Assembly: GCA_964016885.1 (NCBI GenBank)
Contig: OZ024745.1
Location: forward strand, 89,466,001-89,530,000
Reading direction: 5' to 3'
Length of the DNA stretch: 64,000 nucleotides
Source: Eledone cirrhosa
Lineage: Eukaryota
Made by a program: the position numbers and the translations under genes. The notes below the pieces were generated by a model that was not told where the DNA came from, made no database searches, and saw nothing but the letters and a program-made list of their open reading frames with translations. Position 1 is the first letter of the stretch, and the number at the start of each line of letters is the position of its first letter. This document shows, one piece after another, positions 26,268 through 41,020 of the stretch.

Positions 26268-27264
26268 TGGTATACTCTTAGCCTTATCTAATCATAACCT
26301 AGAAAGCGACCGGTAAATTCCACTATGTCAAACCATGTGAATCTAGGTTCATTTTTGAGAACACAAATGAGAGTTCAAAGTATGTAACAATGGTGTTCAG
26401 TTCCAAATATTTATATTTACTGCCGAAGTTAGGCGTAGATATAGATACAGAATTCAATTCGTAATGTAGTGGGATAAGCGAATATTTCGAAAAGCGAAAG
26501 TATATTTATTTCTTCCATTATATCATAGAAAGGCAGACCTGGTGAAGAGGGCAACACTTCCACCGTAACTAATGGGCAATAAAACAGAAAAGATATTTAT
26601 ATTATTGTTTTAGTTAATGCTTTTTCACCAGCGCCTACTGTTACCTTTTACTTCTCTTCCAATTATTATACATGGGTATCAATAACATTATTGTTTATTG
26701 AACTCTAGTAATATATATTTCCAAATGAATACTATTATTTGATTTATATCCCACAATTGAATACTATCTGTATTCACAAAGAAAACCCATGTATATATAT
26801 ATATATTAGATATATGTTATAAATCTTCTATGTATCCGCCTAGTAAGAGAGGCTATGTTAATGATGACATCATATGTCAAAACACGCACAAGCAGATGGA
26901 CTGATCTTTTCGTTGTTTACATGTATTGTAGTTTCTGTGAAGAATTTTTGCTTTATTACTGCTTTGAAGCAAACAGGAATAGTAATAACCCGAAAGAATT
27001 GAAAACAGAGGAATACCAGGCACAACTGGAAGCAGATTCTTTACGCGCAAGAATGTCTTACGAGCACCTTTAATCCCAAACAATCAATTCGTGAGGTAGA
27101 GTGAAACCAAAATTCCACAGCGTAACTGCATATAAAGGAAGGAAATCGTGCACCCTTAAAAAGAGAAAACTAATGTTTATTCATTAATTTTCATTTCTTT
27201 CATGCACCTATTATTAGAGAGATGTTTCGCTTCATAGGTTCTATTATTGTAACAAATAATAATA

Positions 27265-27305
<41 letters not shown>

Positions 27306-27306
27306 C

Positions 27307-27337
<31 letters not shown>

Positions 27338-28382
27338 GGGAAGAAGACGCACGTGGTGGTAGAAGGTCATGAAATCGCTCCCGTAAGTTTTTGATTTTTA
27401 ACATATTTAAATCAATTGTGAAATAACAATTCTTAGTACAAATGATGCATAAACCACCGAATCAAGTCTCATAAAATTTCGGATCCATATTATATTGTTA
27501 TATCGCTCAAATATTCAATTTTGAATTATATATTTTGTATTCAAAAAAGAAAATGGTTATAAATGGAAGAAAACACCCTCTGTCTACACTATATAGAACA
27601 GCCAAATAACAGCAATTTCACCAACACCAGAAACCTGATACACCACCTACCCCATCACACTAAATATAACAGCCAGAAAACGGCAATTTCACCACCACCA
27701 CCACGAATCCCAGCATCATAATAATAATTACTATTATTATTGTCTCAAGTTTTAACAAAATGTTTAATTCCAATTTTAAGGGAATATGTCAACACAATAT
27801 ATATTAAACATACGCGGCAAAAACGCAAACATACTACAGATCAAACAAAACTAGTCTATTTAACACATATATTAAACATACGCGACACAAACTCATAGAT
27901 ACAACATATCACAAAACTCAGTAACACCACGCCACCGCCGCCACCTCTCCACCCATCATTGCTACCACTATCCCATCACCACCGCCACCACTCCTTCATT
28001 GCTACCACCACTAGTCTCCTGTTAACTTAAGCAAGGGGAAGGTGGCGGTATCACTAGACAAGGGAGAGGCTAGCAAAAGATATAAATAGATTGACTTAGT
28101 GACCTGGCCACCGGCCAAACGTCAACAACTATGGCACTGCTGGCTCCCCCTTCCTCACCAACAATATAAAAAGCCCCAGCACCACCACCGACATAGCCAA
28201 CAACAATAACAGGCAACTACAGCAAAAAGTATATTATATTATTGTAATGCACTGGGTAACTGCTGCCCTTGTGCCTGGAGTGGAGACAATTATTAATAAT
28301 TTCAATCTTAAGCCACGCAATGCTCACATTAAGGAACCCCTCATGATAATAACAATTTAAAAAAAAAACAACAAAAAGAAAA

Positions 28383-31300
28383 CCCCGTGACCAAGAAATA
28401 CCGGGATGGCGGCCGGCGGGGAATAGCCGTGTCTCTAGGGAAGAACGACCCCTCTAGTCTTGGTTGACACTCGTTCTAGAAGTGGTAACACGAAATGATT
28501 ACCCCTTGGCGGATAACGATAAAACGCGACAAAATAAAGTAAATGTCTAATAATAAAATCTCATACCGGATCGGCCGTCACCCGGGTAAAAAAGGGCCGC
28601 GTCCCTCAGAGAGGAACCAGACTGGGGTCGAAAGATCAGCTAATGGTTCAAACCTTCCCATCACTTCGGAGCTGGAGACCTCCCATAACCGGAATACTCC
28701 TACTGTTGGCCACCACCAAGAAATCCAAAGAAAACGAGAGAAAAATGGTCAAGGGAAGATAATAAAGAAGTCCTTGAGGCTTTCTACACTGCCCTGTACT
28801 ACCCATCAAATACATCGAATACAGAACATACATATATCAACAGGAAAAAGAAACATCCCGAAAACAGAGGCTATATTGACAGTAACAAACTAGCCAATAT
28901 ACGAAGAAATATTGTAAGAAAAAAAGTTACTAACTGATATAGAAATTGATCAGATCAAGCTATTGGCACAAAGTCAGCGAAGGGAAAATGAAACATGTGT
29001 CAGTAAAAACGAGGTAAACTGTAACACTTCGAACCCCAGGGTTGGGGCGGAATCACTGGCAACAGAACAAATTAAAGAAAGGATCGAAAAAGTGGAGGGA
29101 GTGCATGCTCAGGATGAAACTCCAAATGAAAATAATGAGATCGTAAATGATAAAGAAATGAATGAGAATGAACTTGCCAACTTGAAGGATGAAATTATGA
29201 TCGAATGGATGAAAATGAAAGAATCTGACATGGGGCAACGAGACACCCTCCCTAAGATCCAGAACTCCAAACAGAACCAAAAGATAATACACAAGACTAA
29301 CATAATTCTCAAAAACATTATCATCACAAACAAACTAAACATTACTGATTTAAATCATCTCTATTATGCATCGGCTAAAGTCACCACTCACTTATGTGGA
29401 GTAAAGATGAAAAAACAAAGGAATTCCCACAAGAAATCTACTTGGCAAGAGAACATCAATCGCCAAATAAACCTTCTCCGATCTGACATAGAAATGTTAA
29501 CAAACTATAAAGTAGGTGAACATGTTAAACAAACTAAACTTAGAAAATTGAAAAAAAAGTACAGTATAAAATCAACATGTGACATAGACATGCTGATAGA
29601 AAAAATCAAGCAAAAGGTGTCGGCCAAAGCTGCTCGTATAAGGCGCTTTGAAAAACGATCTAGATTCTATAAGGACAATAATATGTTCAAAAACAACCAA
29701 AGAAACTTCTACAGAAAAATTGGTAAGTCAACAATAACTGCTAAATCAATACCACCCAAGGAGGAAGTGCAAGAATTCTGGGAAAAATCTGGGCCGAAGA
29801 AAAAGTTCATAACATACATGCCCCATGGATAGACAAACAAAGGAAAGATACAGGTCACCTTGAGGAACAAATATGGGAAAATATAACAGTTGAACAGTTG
29901 CGCTTGGCTCTAAGAAGAACCAGCAAATGGAAATCCCCAGGAAAAGACAAAATACAAAACTTTTGGATAAATGCCTTCACAGAGTCTCATGAGCTGTTAG
30001 CCCAACTTTACAATGAAATAGTTAAGGAGCCAGAAAAGATACCATCATGGCTAGTTAACGGCATTACATTCCTGCTTCCGAAGAATGATGAGACAAACAA
30101 TCCCAAAAATTACAGACCGATAACTTGCTTGACCACAATGTATAAAATTTTAACATCAGTCCTAACTGAATACACATATGACCACCTGATAACAAATGAC
30201 CTATTTCCCATTGAGCAGAAAGGGTGTAAACGAGGCACATATGGCTGTAAGGATCAGCTTTTAGTTAACAAAATGATACTGGAAGATTGTCATAATAGAC
30301 ACAAAAATCTATCGATTGCTTGGATAGATTATAAAAAAGCATTCGATAGTTTGCCACAGTTGGATTGAAAAATGTTTAGAGATTTTCAAAATATCCCCCG
30401 TTGTCAGGAGGTTTTTGTCATTCAGTATGAAGACATGGAAAACGACACTCCTTTTGAATAGTGAAACAAAATCACTGGAAGCTGGAGAAGTTAATATTAA
30501 TTGTGGAATTTTTCAGGGTGACTCTTTATCACCGCTTTTATTCTGCATCGCACTTATACCATTAAGTAAAATGCTCAATGAAACAAAACCTGGATATAAA
30601 GTCTATGACAAAACCATTAATCACCTGTTCTACATGGATGACCTGAAACTATTTGCAAAAAATGATGAACAATTGCAAGGGCTATTATCGACTGTGGAGC
30701 AGTTCAGTGATGACATTAAAATGGAGTTTAGACTAGATAAATGCGCCAAAGCAAGGTTCACCAGAGGAAAGCTGCTGAAGAGTTCAGACATTAATCTTGA
30801 TCGGGGGAACGTGATAAGAGAACTTGATCAAGAAAAAACTTACAAATATCTAGGTGTTTGTGAAGGAGACGAAATCAAACACTCGACAATGAGGGAAAGG
30901 ATAAGGAAGGAATGTTACCGCAGAGTAAGAGCAATCTTAAGAACGGAATTGAATGCAAGGAATAGGATCGATGCCATAAACACGCTTGCCATACCAGTAG
31001 TAACCTACAGTTACAATGTCATCAACTGGTCAAGCACAGAGATCCGTAGGCTCGATACAAAAATTCGAAAATTCTTAACCATGCACAGAATGCATCACCC
31101 TAAGGCAGATATAGATAGAATATATCTCCCTAGGAAAGAAGGAGGACGTGGGTTAATCCAGTTAGACATTGCGTTGAAAACTGCAACAATTGGATTATCT
31201 AAATATCTAAGGGAATCACATGATTGGATGATCAAACTCGTTTTGAAACACGAAAGCATCAAAAGATCATATTCCATTACAAAAGATGCACAAAGATACA

Positions 31301-31640
31301 GTAATGGACTACAAATTTCAGAAGTCCCATTTACTGCTGAAATGGAAAACACAGAAAAAGCAAAGCAGGTAAAAGTAACTGCAAAGAAAGAACTGCTACA
31401 GAAACTGGCTAAGAAATGGCAAGAAAAGCCTCTGTATGGAAAATACCCAGAGCGAGCTAACAATCCTGATGTTGACAAAACTTTAACCCATCAGTGGTTG
31501 GCATCCTCTGGACTGAAATCGAAGACTGAAGGACTGATTATATCAGCACAAGATCAGTGTCTGCCACAAAAAATTACCAAGCCAACATAATAAAAAATGG
31601 ATGCAGCCCATTATGCCGTGTATGCAAAGTTGTGACTTGG
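28383..31640 (+). mobile_element. R4/Dong-clade non-LTR retrotransposon, 5' end present, frameshifted, truncated before the RLE domain
   Basis: ORFs 28543-28893, 28963-29832, 29898-30368 and 30415-31590. Motifs NYRPITCL, EQKGC, WIDYKKAFDS, GIFQGDSLSPLLF, HLFYMDDLK, GGRGL and AQDQ. Confidence 0.88.
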
Positions 31641-31705
31641 TGATAACTCGTATGAACATAAAGCAAGATAAATGCAACTATAATAATAATAATAATAATA
31701 ATAAT

Positions 31706-34270
31706 GGTTTCTTTATTGGCCACAGGGGCTGAAACGAAGAAAAACATTAGAGACGGCACAGAACAGTACAGGACGATATAAAGTGGGTTTTGGTCGTGTA
31801 AACAGGTTGTAACAAAATCGGGCTAGAAATCAAAAGAAATTCAAACAACAAAAATTCTCCAAGAAGGGAGAAACCTCCGAGGGTCGCTCTTGGTGAAAAC
31901 CACACAAAAGACCGTGGTCACCCTGACCACCAGGGCAAGCACCCTCTCTCCCTTTTTCCCCTCCTCAGTCTACAGGCGTATACTCAGAGCGGGCCCGTTC
32001 CTTCGGACAAGACTCGCCCCTTTCACCCACATTTCAACAAACTTACTAGAAGACAGCACTTACCTCTCCACCCTGATTTTCCTCTTCAAGTGAAACTTGA
32101 AAAAGTTAATCAGGGATTGGCCGGAGAGGAAAGTGTTCGTCTTCAACCCTTTCAACCTTGTCCACCACACAATCTATTTTGCCATGGCCACAACGCAGAT
32201 GAAAACTACCTGCCCTTCCTCCTCTTTAAAGGCGGATGGTGGGGCTATCTGCCCAATGGACTCAGTCGATAACCGGATCCGTCCTACACGCGACAGTAGC
32301 TGTTTGACATAGCTCTACAAGTCAGCAATCCTCGAGCACTGAACAAGTGCGTGCAGGACCGTTTCGTCACCCTGTGCGCATCTCGGACAGGCTCGGCTGA
32401 CAGCACCTCCATGCCTGTAGAGCTTATCCCGAGCCGGCAACGCTCCCCGGTAACACTGCCAGGCCAGGGATTTCTGGAAGTTGTCCATAGGCCCCGGTCT
32501 AAATGTTCTCTTGAAGAGAGCGAACATTTATACTTCCTATTCTAAGTACGGCCATGTTGGATGAGAAAGGGGGATAGTGAGAAAGGATCACTTACCTTGA
32601 TCGTGTGGTGAAGGGACAGTAGAACCCTCCCTTTGGCTGGTCATGGGTTTTTCCAAGCGGTTGTCGGTGTATATCCTCTTGGTAACCGATCCTCTGAAGT
32701 CTCCAGCCTCGTTGGGAATTTTTCTTTTAAAAATTTGTACTGTTCTATTTTGATTTCAATGATGTTTATTTCTTTCGGGAGAGTTCTTGGTGTTGGTGGG
32801 GTGTAGTAATTTTTTTCTGTGATGTCTGTGCGCTGCTTTATATGTGGTAAGAGTTCTTTATTTGCTATGTTTATGGCTGTGTACTTTTTAGGGGGAGGGG
32901 TGATTTTGTTGCTGTTTTCTTGTTGTTGCTGTTGGGTGTGTGTGTTTTGTTGTGTTTGCGATATTGGTGTTTTTGGTAATGCTGGTGGTGGTGTGGTTGT
33001 TGTTGGTGGTGATGCTTGTGGTTGTGATGGTGATGGTGTTGCTGCAAGTCTCCTTGCAGCCTTTACCACTCTTTGTTTGCCTTCGCTTTTTGGAGGATGA
33101 AGCTAAGGGGTTTTTCTCTTTTGTTTTTTTGTGGTATACCGTTTGCCACTTCCCTCCCGCCTCATACTCCATGTCGAATTCCGTGGCGTCTGGGAGGGGT
33201 ATGAGCTCCACTGCTGTTGGTGGTGGTAGTGGAGCCCGTTCCGGCGATTTTGCCGCCGGTATAGCCACTGCGACTGTTGGTGTTGCCGCCACTGCTGCCG
33301 CTGTTTTAGTTGTCCGTGGCCTTTGTATGGGTGCCACGAACGTTGCCGTCCTACTCACCATGGAAGGGTGTGCGACCTCTGTTGCCTGCCCTGCTCTTGG
33401 TAGCAGCGGACCAGGTTTCGGATGGAGGGGGGGGGGGGACTCTTCTTGTCTTTCTTCTGCGGGCAGAAGACCCTGAAGTGACCCTTCTGCCCACAGAGAT
33501 AGCACTTTGGGCGTCTTCCTTCCACGCTTATAGGGAGTTGGAGTCCTTCTTCGAGGTCTATGATATCTGGAATGGCTTCGACGCACTCCTGGTCAGTCTG
33601 TACTAGCATTTGCATGCATATTCCTGCGAAAGAAATGGCCCCTTTTTCAGTGACACCATTATTGCTGCCGCTACTGCTGCTACTGGTCTTGTTGTTGGTG
33701 TTGTTTCTGTTGTTACTGCTACAAACGGGTTTATTGATGTTGTTGCTGTTATCACTCTTGCAGATTGTTGTGTTTTTGTTGCCACCGTTGTTGTTGTTTT
33801 CGGTGCAATTTGTATTGGTGTTGTTGGTGTTGTTGTTTATTTTCTTGATAGTGGTGTTAATATCGTTGTTGCATTTGTTGTCATTTTTTTTCCGTTGGCT
33901 TTATTTTGGTTGACTCTGTTATTGCTGTAGTTGGTGTAGTAATTTTTTAGAAATCAGTGTTGTTGCCTTTGTTCACGTTGTTTGTGGTGGTGTTTGTTGT
34001 ATGAACTTTTACGCCGTTGTCACACGACAGCAGACATATTGCTGGTGGGCGTGGTTAACCCGTGTTTCTTTTGGGTTTTTTTCAAAAGTAAAATGTTCAA
34101 ATATTGTTCAAATATTTTGGCCAAAAGGCGCAAATATTAGACTTTCCCCTTCACAGGGCAAAGTTCAAGGACTTATGTCCCTTACACAACAAGAACAATT
34201 TAACAACAAATAATTATAACAGGTAAATAAAGCGACTAACTGGGAGCGAACAAAAAGACGTCCAATCAGA
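31706..34270 (-). mobile_element. Tx1/L1-clade LINE with ORF1 remnants and an ORF2 that has lost APE and RT
   Basis: Knuckle CYLCGQKGHFRVFC. ORF2 start MAVLRIGSINVR at 32555 joins directly to the C-terminal zf-RVT-type region (CPRCAQGDETVLHALVQC). AATAAA and (TAA)n at the 3' end. Confidence 0.85.
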
Positions 34271-34279
34271 CCAATAATA

Positions 34280-34462
34280 ATTGTTTCTACTTTTGGCACA
34301 AGGCCAGCAATCACCCAGTGCATTACTGGTACTTTATTTTATCGACTCCCGTAATGATGAAAGGCAAAGTTAACCTCGGCGAGATTTGAAATCAGAACAT
34401 AAAGGGCCGTAACTCTATGCGTCAAAGCATGGTGTGCGACCCTCTACCGATACTGCCAATCC
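34280..34462 (-). mobile_element. tRNA-derived SINE
   Basis: Family sequence. Confidence 0.85.
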
Positions 34463-34465
34463 AAT

Positions 34466-34628
34466 ATTGTTATTCCATTCATTCTTTCTGTTTAGCCTTG
34501 GCCTTATAAGTCCTATTTCACTGGCCTCTCTGATTTGCCTATCTGCTGGGTCATTTCTATTTTTAGATATTATTCTAATTTCTATGTTGTCTATGTTACC
34601 GTCGTGTTGTTGTCTGGCATGTTCGTAT
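34466..34628 (-). mobile_element. PLE family A GIY-YIG C-terminal fragment
   Basis: Matches 5050-5210 (EHARQQHDGNIDNIEIRII...). Confidence 0.85.
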
Positions 34629-34629
34629 G

Positions 34630-34694
<65 letters not shown>

Positions 34695-35334
34695 TTAGTG
34701 GGGGGGGGGGGGGAAATTGCACGAGAAATATATTTAGAGGATGTATTTCTTCTTTTTCTTCTTTGTTTCGTCAACGTGACATTATTGAAAGAATTAGAGG
34801 AACATTCTTTTTTAAAAAAAGGAGTTTTATAATGTATATAAAATATATAAAATATAACCGGTTTCGATGTACCATCTTATCAAATGTTGAATATTACAAT
34901 TAAAAAGAATTAAAAATTAAATGTTGAGGCATTTTTGTCCATCTTTCTTGTTGAGAAGAAGCCTGGATCTAAAATGGAATCATATATATAGAGAGAGAGG
35001 GGTAGTCATAGTAGTAGTAGTAGTGGTGATAGTTGTATTTTTTCACACAGAACAAAACTATTTTTAGGGAGACGGAAATTTTCTGTAAGTACAATGAAGA
35101 AATATATTATTAGGTTTACGTTTTATATATATATAATTTATATATATATATATACATATCGAGAGAGAGAGAGCTACTTGCATACCAGCTCTATTCGGGG
35201 AATACTTCATTTATCTTCATGTTTTTAATGGATTTTTGTTTCTTGTAGACGTTGAAATATAAATGTACAAGATAATTATTAACTGCATCAATCATGCAGT
35301 CATTTGACCTTAAAAGTTTCTTATTTGTCTAGTC

Positions 35335-35662
35335 CAGGGGTGTGCAACATATTCCATTGGCGGGCCACTTTTGAACATTGCAACAAATGTTAGGACCATT
35401 AATATTTATTAAGCCCTATTCCAAAGATTCACCACAACTTATTTCCATAACATGGAATTGGGAAGCTCTTTAGTATAGGTCAACTTAGTATAACACAGTG
35501 AAGCTCTTTAGTATAGGTAAACTAACAGAAAATTGTATTACGGTTACAAAATAAATTCTAAACAAGCCTACAAGGTAAAAATTAAAAACGGTCATCGAGA
35601 ACCACTCTGACTGGTCTGGCGGGATGGATTGTGGCCCGCGGGCCACCTGTTGCACGCCCCTG
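35335..35662. mobile_element. hAT (Charlie-like) MITE
   Basis: TIRs CAGGGGTGTGCAACA / TGTTGCACGCCCCTG; imperfect 8-bp TSD gtctagtc / atttagtc. Confidence 0.8.
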
Positions 35663-36838
35663 ATTTAGTCCAATATTATAGTATTGCCTTAGCGATAGTC
35701 ATCTTTTACCAGCACTGAAAGACGCGTTCGTGTCACACTTTCTTTAAATATCGGACCCATCCCACATAAACTACGTCGTTAGACCTGTACACCCTGAAAA
35801 ATCTAACCATAAACTTTAACTCTTAAAACGTAACATTGATTTATATATAGTAAAGTAGTTGCTAACATACTTGATGTATTGATCCAAGATATATTAATTA
35901 TTTATAATTAAACCCATAGTGAGAAACAATAATTAAAATTAGTTAATTAAAATTTCAATGATTATTTGTATTCACAATACAACACCGATTATATGAATGG
36001 ATGGCATTTTGTCTTAATTTATTTTCATTTATAGACGTATGTGTGATGTGATTTGTAAATAGATGTGCTATACGTATTTGTACCATATAAGTAAACTGTG
36101 TATATATGTTGTTTAGCCTATGTCAAATCTGATTGAGTAGATTAATGATTAAGATTAATGATTCCAGTTGTGACATGTCTTTTTCTAGACAGCGTATATG
36201 TTAAGCTAGATTATCCAGTATGTACTTCGCTTTTGTTTTAAAGAGATCTTGATTCTTTTCATGAGTACGTATGAATGTGTACTTCACTATATATATGCTT
36301 AAATATGTGATATATTTGTTCATAGACTGCGTATGCCAATGTCTGGGTGAATTTAAATATTGCTGTGTTTGTGTCGCTTGTCTGTTTTCTACGACTAGTG
36401 CGTGAATTTGTGAATGTTTCAAGGGTTTATCAATGTAGTAAATAGACATTTGTGTGTGAGAGTGTATATGAATGTATAGAGAAAAGAATGTACGAGCGTA
36501 TACGTAAGAGTGCAAATGCGTGTATATGTGCACTCCGTTCAGGAGAAAATTAAGCATGTATCGCAAGGGATAAAGCACTTGCTTCCAACTCACTTGAAAT
36601 ATTTCAATATAATGTTAAACAGAAACCTTGTTAGTCTGCTGAAAAGGTGTTAAACTTCCTCATTAAATATGGAATGTGTAATTAACAATTAATTTTGTTT
36701 CTCTCATTGAAATATTCTTGCAAAAATTAATTTTGAAAAGATTGGTGATGTAATACACATCTCTTTCCTTTTAATTTAATTTAATTCTATACATCTTTTC
36801 ATTCTCTCTTTCTCCCCGTTCTCTTTCTCTCTGACTCA

Positions 36839-36961
<123 letters not shown>

Positions 36962-37699
36962 TAGATATGGCTCTCTCTACCTATCTATCTTTCTTTGTCT
37001 CTCTCTTTATCCGTCTTTCACCCTCTATTCTACTTTCAATGATGCTACAAACATTCTACGTTCTCTGAAGCATTTATAAGAGATAATTGTGGTTAATTAT
37101 ACCTTGAGATTAAAAAATAAATAGAGAATAATAGATATAAGCATTCTCATAGAATTAAATCAGTTTCGATATGCAAGTACGAGAGAAATTTTTCTCTTTA
37201 CATTAATGTCGAAAAGTTAAAACTAGCTTTCGGCTTCGTCACATACTTACATATCTAAGAGAGAATTTGCAGAATTTACTTTATCTAGGTTTATTGAACA
37301 TGATATATACATTTTAATAGTTTCCTTTATGAATCGTTTTGAAATCAATATATTGATAATTTTATTATCAGTTTCTTTTCACTTTATTCTAATATGAATA
37401 TATCGTTATATTTTATGAGGCGACTGAACATTCCCTGCGTCAATAACCGAGTTAATTACATAACGAACAATATACTCTTTCTGATGATGTCGTACTGACT
37501 GGTGTGTAGAAGGAGTCGGCCTGCACTAAGGCGGACCGAACTCATCAAACTTGTGATGAACGAACTCGTCAGTGATTGCTACACAACCGCATTTATGTGG
37601 CTCACCCACACGGAGGCCGAGGCGTTGTGCCAATCAAATGCGAGTGCACCCATCATTGAAAAGGTTACCAGTTGATAAGGAAGAAACCGAATTGAGCCA

Positions 37700-38200
37700 A
37701 ACACCACTGTTTGGTTGCGAGGTTGCACACGGCTGGCATTGGCTGTGGTAATGGCAAGTACCCCGATGGATTAACTCTCTTCCCTTTCAAGGGAGGCAAG
37801 CTCCTAATTTGGGACGCGACATGCTGCAACACGTTCTCTGCCTCCAGCCATGTTGTTTCTGCCACAAACCCCGGTTCGGCTTCCTGCATTGCAGAGGAGA
37901 GGAAGACAGTTAAATACTAGGACCTAACCCACTGCTTCCTCTTTGTACTGGTCTCCATTGAATCCTCTCGTGTCTTTGATCCTCGCGCCGTTGATTTCCT
38001 CCGTAAAATCGGAAAGGCAGCAGCTCTCTTGAGGAAGGAGCGCCGTTAGGTGGTGTGGCTGTTGCAGCAAGTGTCTCTGTCCATTCTCTGCTATACTGCC
38101 TTTGCTATCATGCCCGCGGGGCGCAGCTGAAATACCGCTCAGATTGAGGTGTAGCGTCTGTCCCTCACCCTTTCCTTTTATTTCGTTGTATAACTCCTAT
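37700..38200 (+). pseudogene. RLE-domain 3' fragment of a CRE-like non-LTR element
   Basis: PDGLTLFPFKGGKLLIWDATCCNT...AEERKTVKY, a PD-(D/E)xK RLE signature with in-frame stops. The clade call is from recall. Confidence 0.65.
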
Positions 38201-40047
38201 TTATTTTCCTTCTTTTCATTTCCTTTTTTGTTCCCTTTAATAGTGTGTGTTTAATAGTGTGTGTAAACAACTTTGTAAAATAGAATGGAGACTAGTTGTC
38301 GTTCTGGATATATATTTCTCCAATGTTACTCATGAAAAAACACTATACTTATAGATCAACGTATTTTTTCCTGTTACCGGCAAAATTATATTGCTATTTG
38401 TTTAGTTCTAAATTGGTATCTTTATTGGCTTCGGCTGCTCTTGGAAATTAACTAGTGACTCTTCGTATTACTGTATATTGTATTACACTCGTCTTGTAGG
38501 AAACGTTAAGTGGAATATCTACCCATCTTATGTAAAAGAAATGTGTTTCCATTTCATTGAAATTGAAGACACGGATCGTTACAGAGTCCATATGATTGGT
38601 AGGGAAACAATAATTTTTTAATGATGGACATTGTAAAATATAGTTTCCTTAATTCATATTTCTACTTAATTTTCCTGAAACACTTCTTCTTACAGTCAAA
38701 TGGCTCTATGATTTAAACCTCACATTTTATTAAATGTTTTATTTACTTGTGGTTTATAAATTTTAAATTTAAATATAATTTCAAAGCGAATGGATCGGAA
38801 TGTTTTGGGGGTTTATTTTCTTTGTTTTTGCTTTTCTCTGACGAAGAGAGTTTTAAATCCCAAAATATTAGGACGAAAAAAACCCCACAAGAATACGAAG
38901 AAAATGTTTAAACCCTAAATAAACCCGGGGGGAAAATAAAGATCACCAGGTAAATAACTTTTTCGTTGCCTTCTTCTTACCGTCCATTTTGCATTGTTTC
39001 AATATTCTTACATATGTTACTTTCATATTATTTACTTGGTTTCATTTGGCTGAGTTCCATTGAAAACGTCTGAGACATTCCAACACCTTTTAATTTGAAC
39101 ACAGTCACTACACAGTCAACTTCTATTGCTATCTTCCTCCTCTTGTGACCATCTTCCATCCTTATAACGGGTTCTTTTAACATAATGGTATACATCAAAT
39201 TGATAAATTCAAATATTAGCAATTTGTTTTCGATAGAAATTTAACAAAGTAATGCAAACTTAATGGGCTACTAGACTTTATAAGCAGAACCAGGTTCACC
39301 ATTGGGATTCTCTTGTTTCAAAATATATCATCTTGTTGTAGACAAAGATATTTTACAGTGTGCAGCTGAAATTCCAGAGGGCTTAGAGAAATATAAACCC
39401 CTGAAAGATGTTCAACTCTCTATAATAATAATATGATAAAGGCACTAATTATTAAAGGGTTATTTTAATAAATGACTGTAAATAACCAAATAAAAATGCC
39501 TGAAATAGACCAACATTGTGAACGACCAATTTGATATCCATTTATTAAAATATTCTGTAGATCAAGAACATTAGGCTTAATTATTTCTCTAGGACTAACA
39601 GTGTTACTACAGAACAATTGAAATATCAATTAGAAAATATAAAACAAAATGAATTCAACAATCCTCTTAGAATTTTGTCGTTGTTCATCTATTGTCATAA
39701 CAATGTATTCTGCAGCTATATTTGCATTTTATAACAAATTATTTAGTAAATATCATTTTAAAACTCATCGCCATAGGTGATTAATGTGAAATAGTTAAAC
39801 CAATATTTTAATGTGTAGTATTTGCAATATTTTATATTTTTTTTTATTTTTCTAATTACATTTAACAACATTATTTAGTACACTGTTTATGTCTTGTTAC
39901 GCACATTAAATACAGTTTTTTTCAACTTCTTTATGAGATTTCGACAACAATTCGATAAAATAATTGTTTTGTTTTGCTCTTTGATTTAATGTGAATATAG
40001 ATTTCGACTGTTGTTATGTGTATTAAGCAAATATTAATCTATACATT

Positions 40048-40147
<100 letters not shown>

Positions 40148-40633
40148 AATGATGAAACCTAACTCTGAGCATCCATATTATTTGGAAGTCCTAAATAAGG
40201 AAGAAACCATGGTAGAGATATAATTACGGTATGTGCGCATTTCTTCTAAGTTTAATTTGACTACTAATTATGTGTGGTTGATGGTATATTTAGTCGGATC
40301 CTACATGCTGTCGAAATGTTGGATAAATAATGGAACGGGGCCGACGCGAAGAGGCTACGATCGATTATTTGTCGGAGATTTCCCCATAAGAGAATTTATT
40401 CTTATAACTTGCTAGGATGGATTTTGTATATGGTTAATTATGCTGATTAGAAGAAGAAATAGTATATATTTTAATATCTGATGATTCATAAGACATGATT
40501 TATGATATATATATATATATATATATATATGAATGTATATATAGTGTATTTTGCAATACACTGTATGCTTAATTAAAATCATTTCGAAGACCTTACGCTA
40601 TTGTTTTAGAGTAGTGACAGTCTCACTTACTTC

Positions 40634-40730
40634 AATTTTCAGCAAACAGGGGAGATAAAGCTGACAGAGCTCTGTTTCGCACTTGTTGGTGCTTATCAAA
40701 GCTAACTACTCCGCCTGTTTGCTGAAAATT
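40634..40730 (-). ncRNA. Type I hammerhead, U3-A8 core, long helix I
   Basis: AGCU UUGAUAA GCAC-CAACAA-GUGC GAAA CAGAGCUCUG UC AGCU, extended by AAUUUUCAGCAAACAG/CUGUUUGCUGAAAAUU. Confidence 0.85.
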
Positions 40731-40975
40731 ATGAATGGTTGATTCTCATAGAATTCCAATAGCGTAAGGTCTTCGAAATGCTTTTAATTAAGCATACAGT
40801 GTATTGAAAAATACACTATATATACATTCATATATATATCGCTATTTCAGAGCACCAATTCTAATTTTCAATTTCTGCTTGACCGGCAACCGCTCTGTAT
40901 AATCAGTTCCTGATTATTACTGGAATTCTATAAGAATGAAACATTCATAATTTTCAGCAAAAAAGCGGAGTAGTT

Positions 40976-41020
40976 AGCTTTGATAAGCACCAAAAAGTGC
41001 GAAACAGGGCTCTGTCAGCT
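40976..41020 (+). ncRNA. Type I hammerhead, U3-A8 core (second copy)
   Basis: AGCU UUGAUAA GCAC-CAAAAA-GUGC GAAA CAGGGCUCUG UC AGCU. Confidence 0.85.

Noticed and set aside
26855-27100. Possible plus-strand exon or 72-aa ORF
   Set aside because: No recognisable homology and no consistent acceptor and frame.
39036-39401. Possible minus-strand exon (tttcag acceptor, gtaaat donor)
   Set aside because: All three frames contain stops and I recognise no domain.
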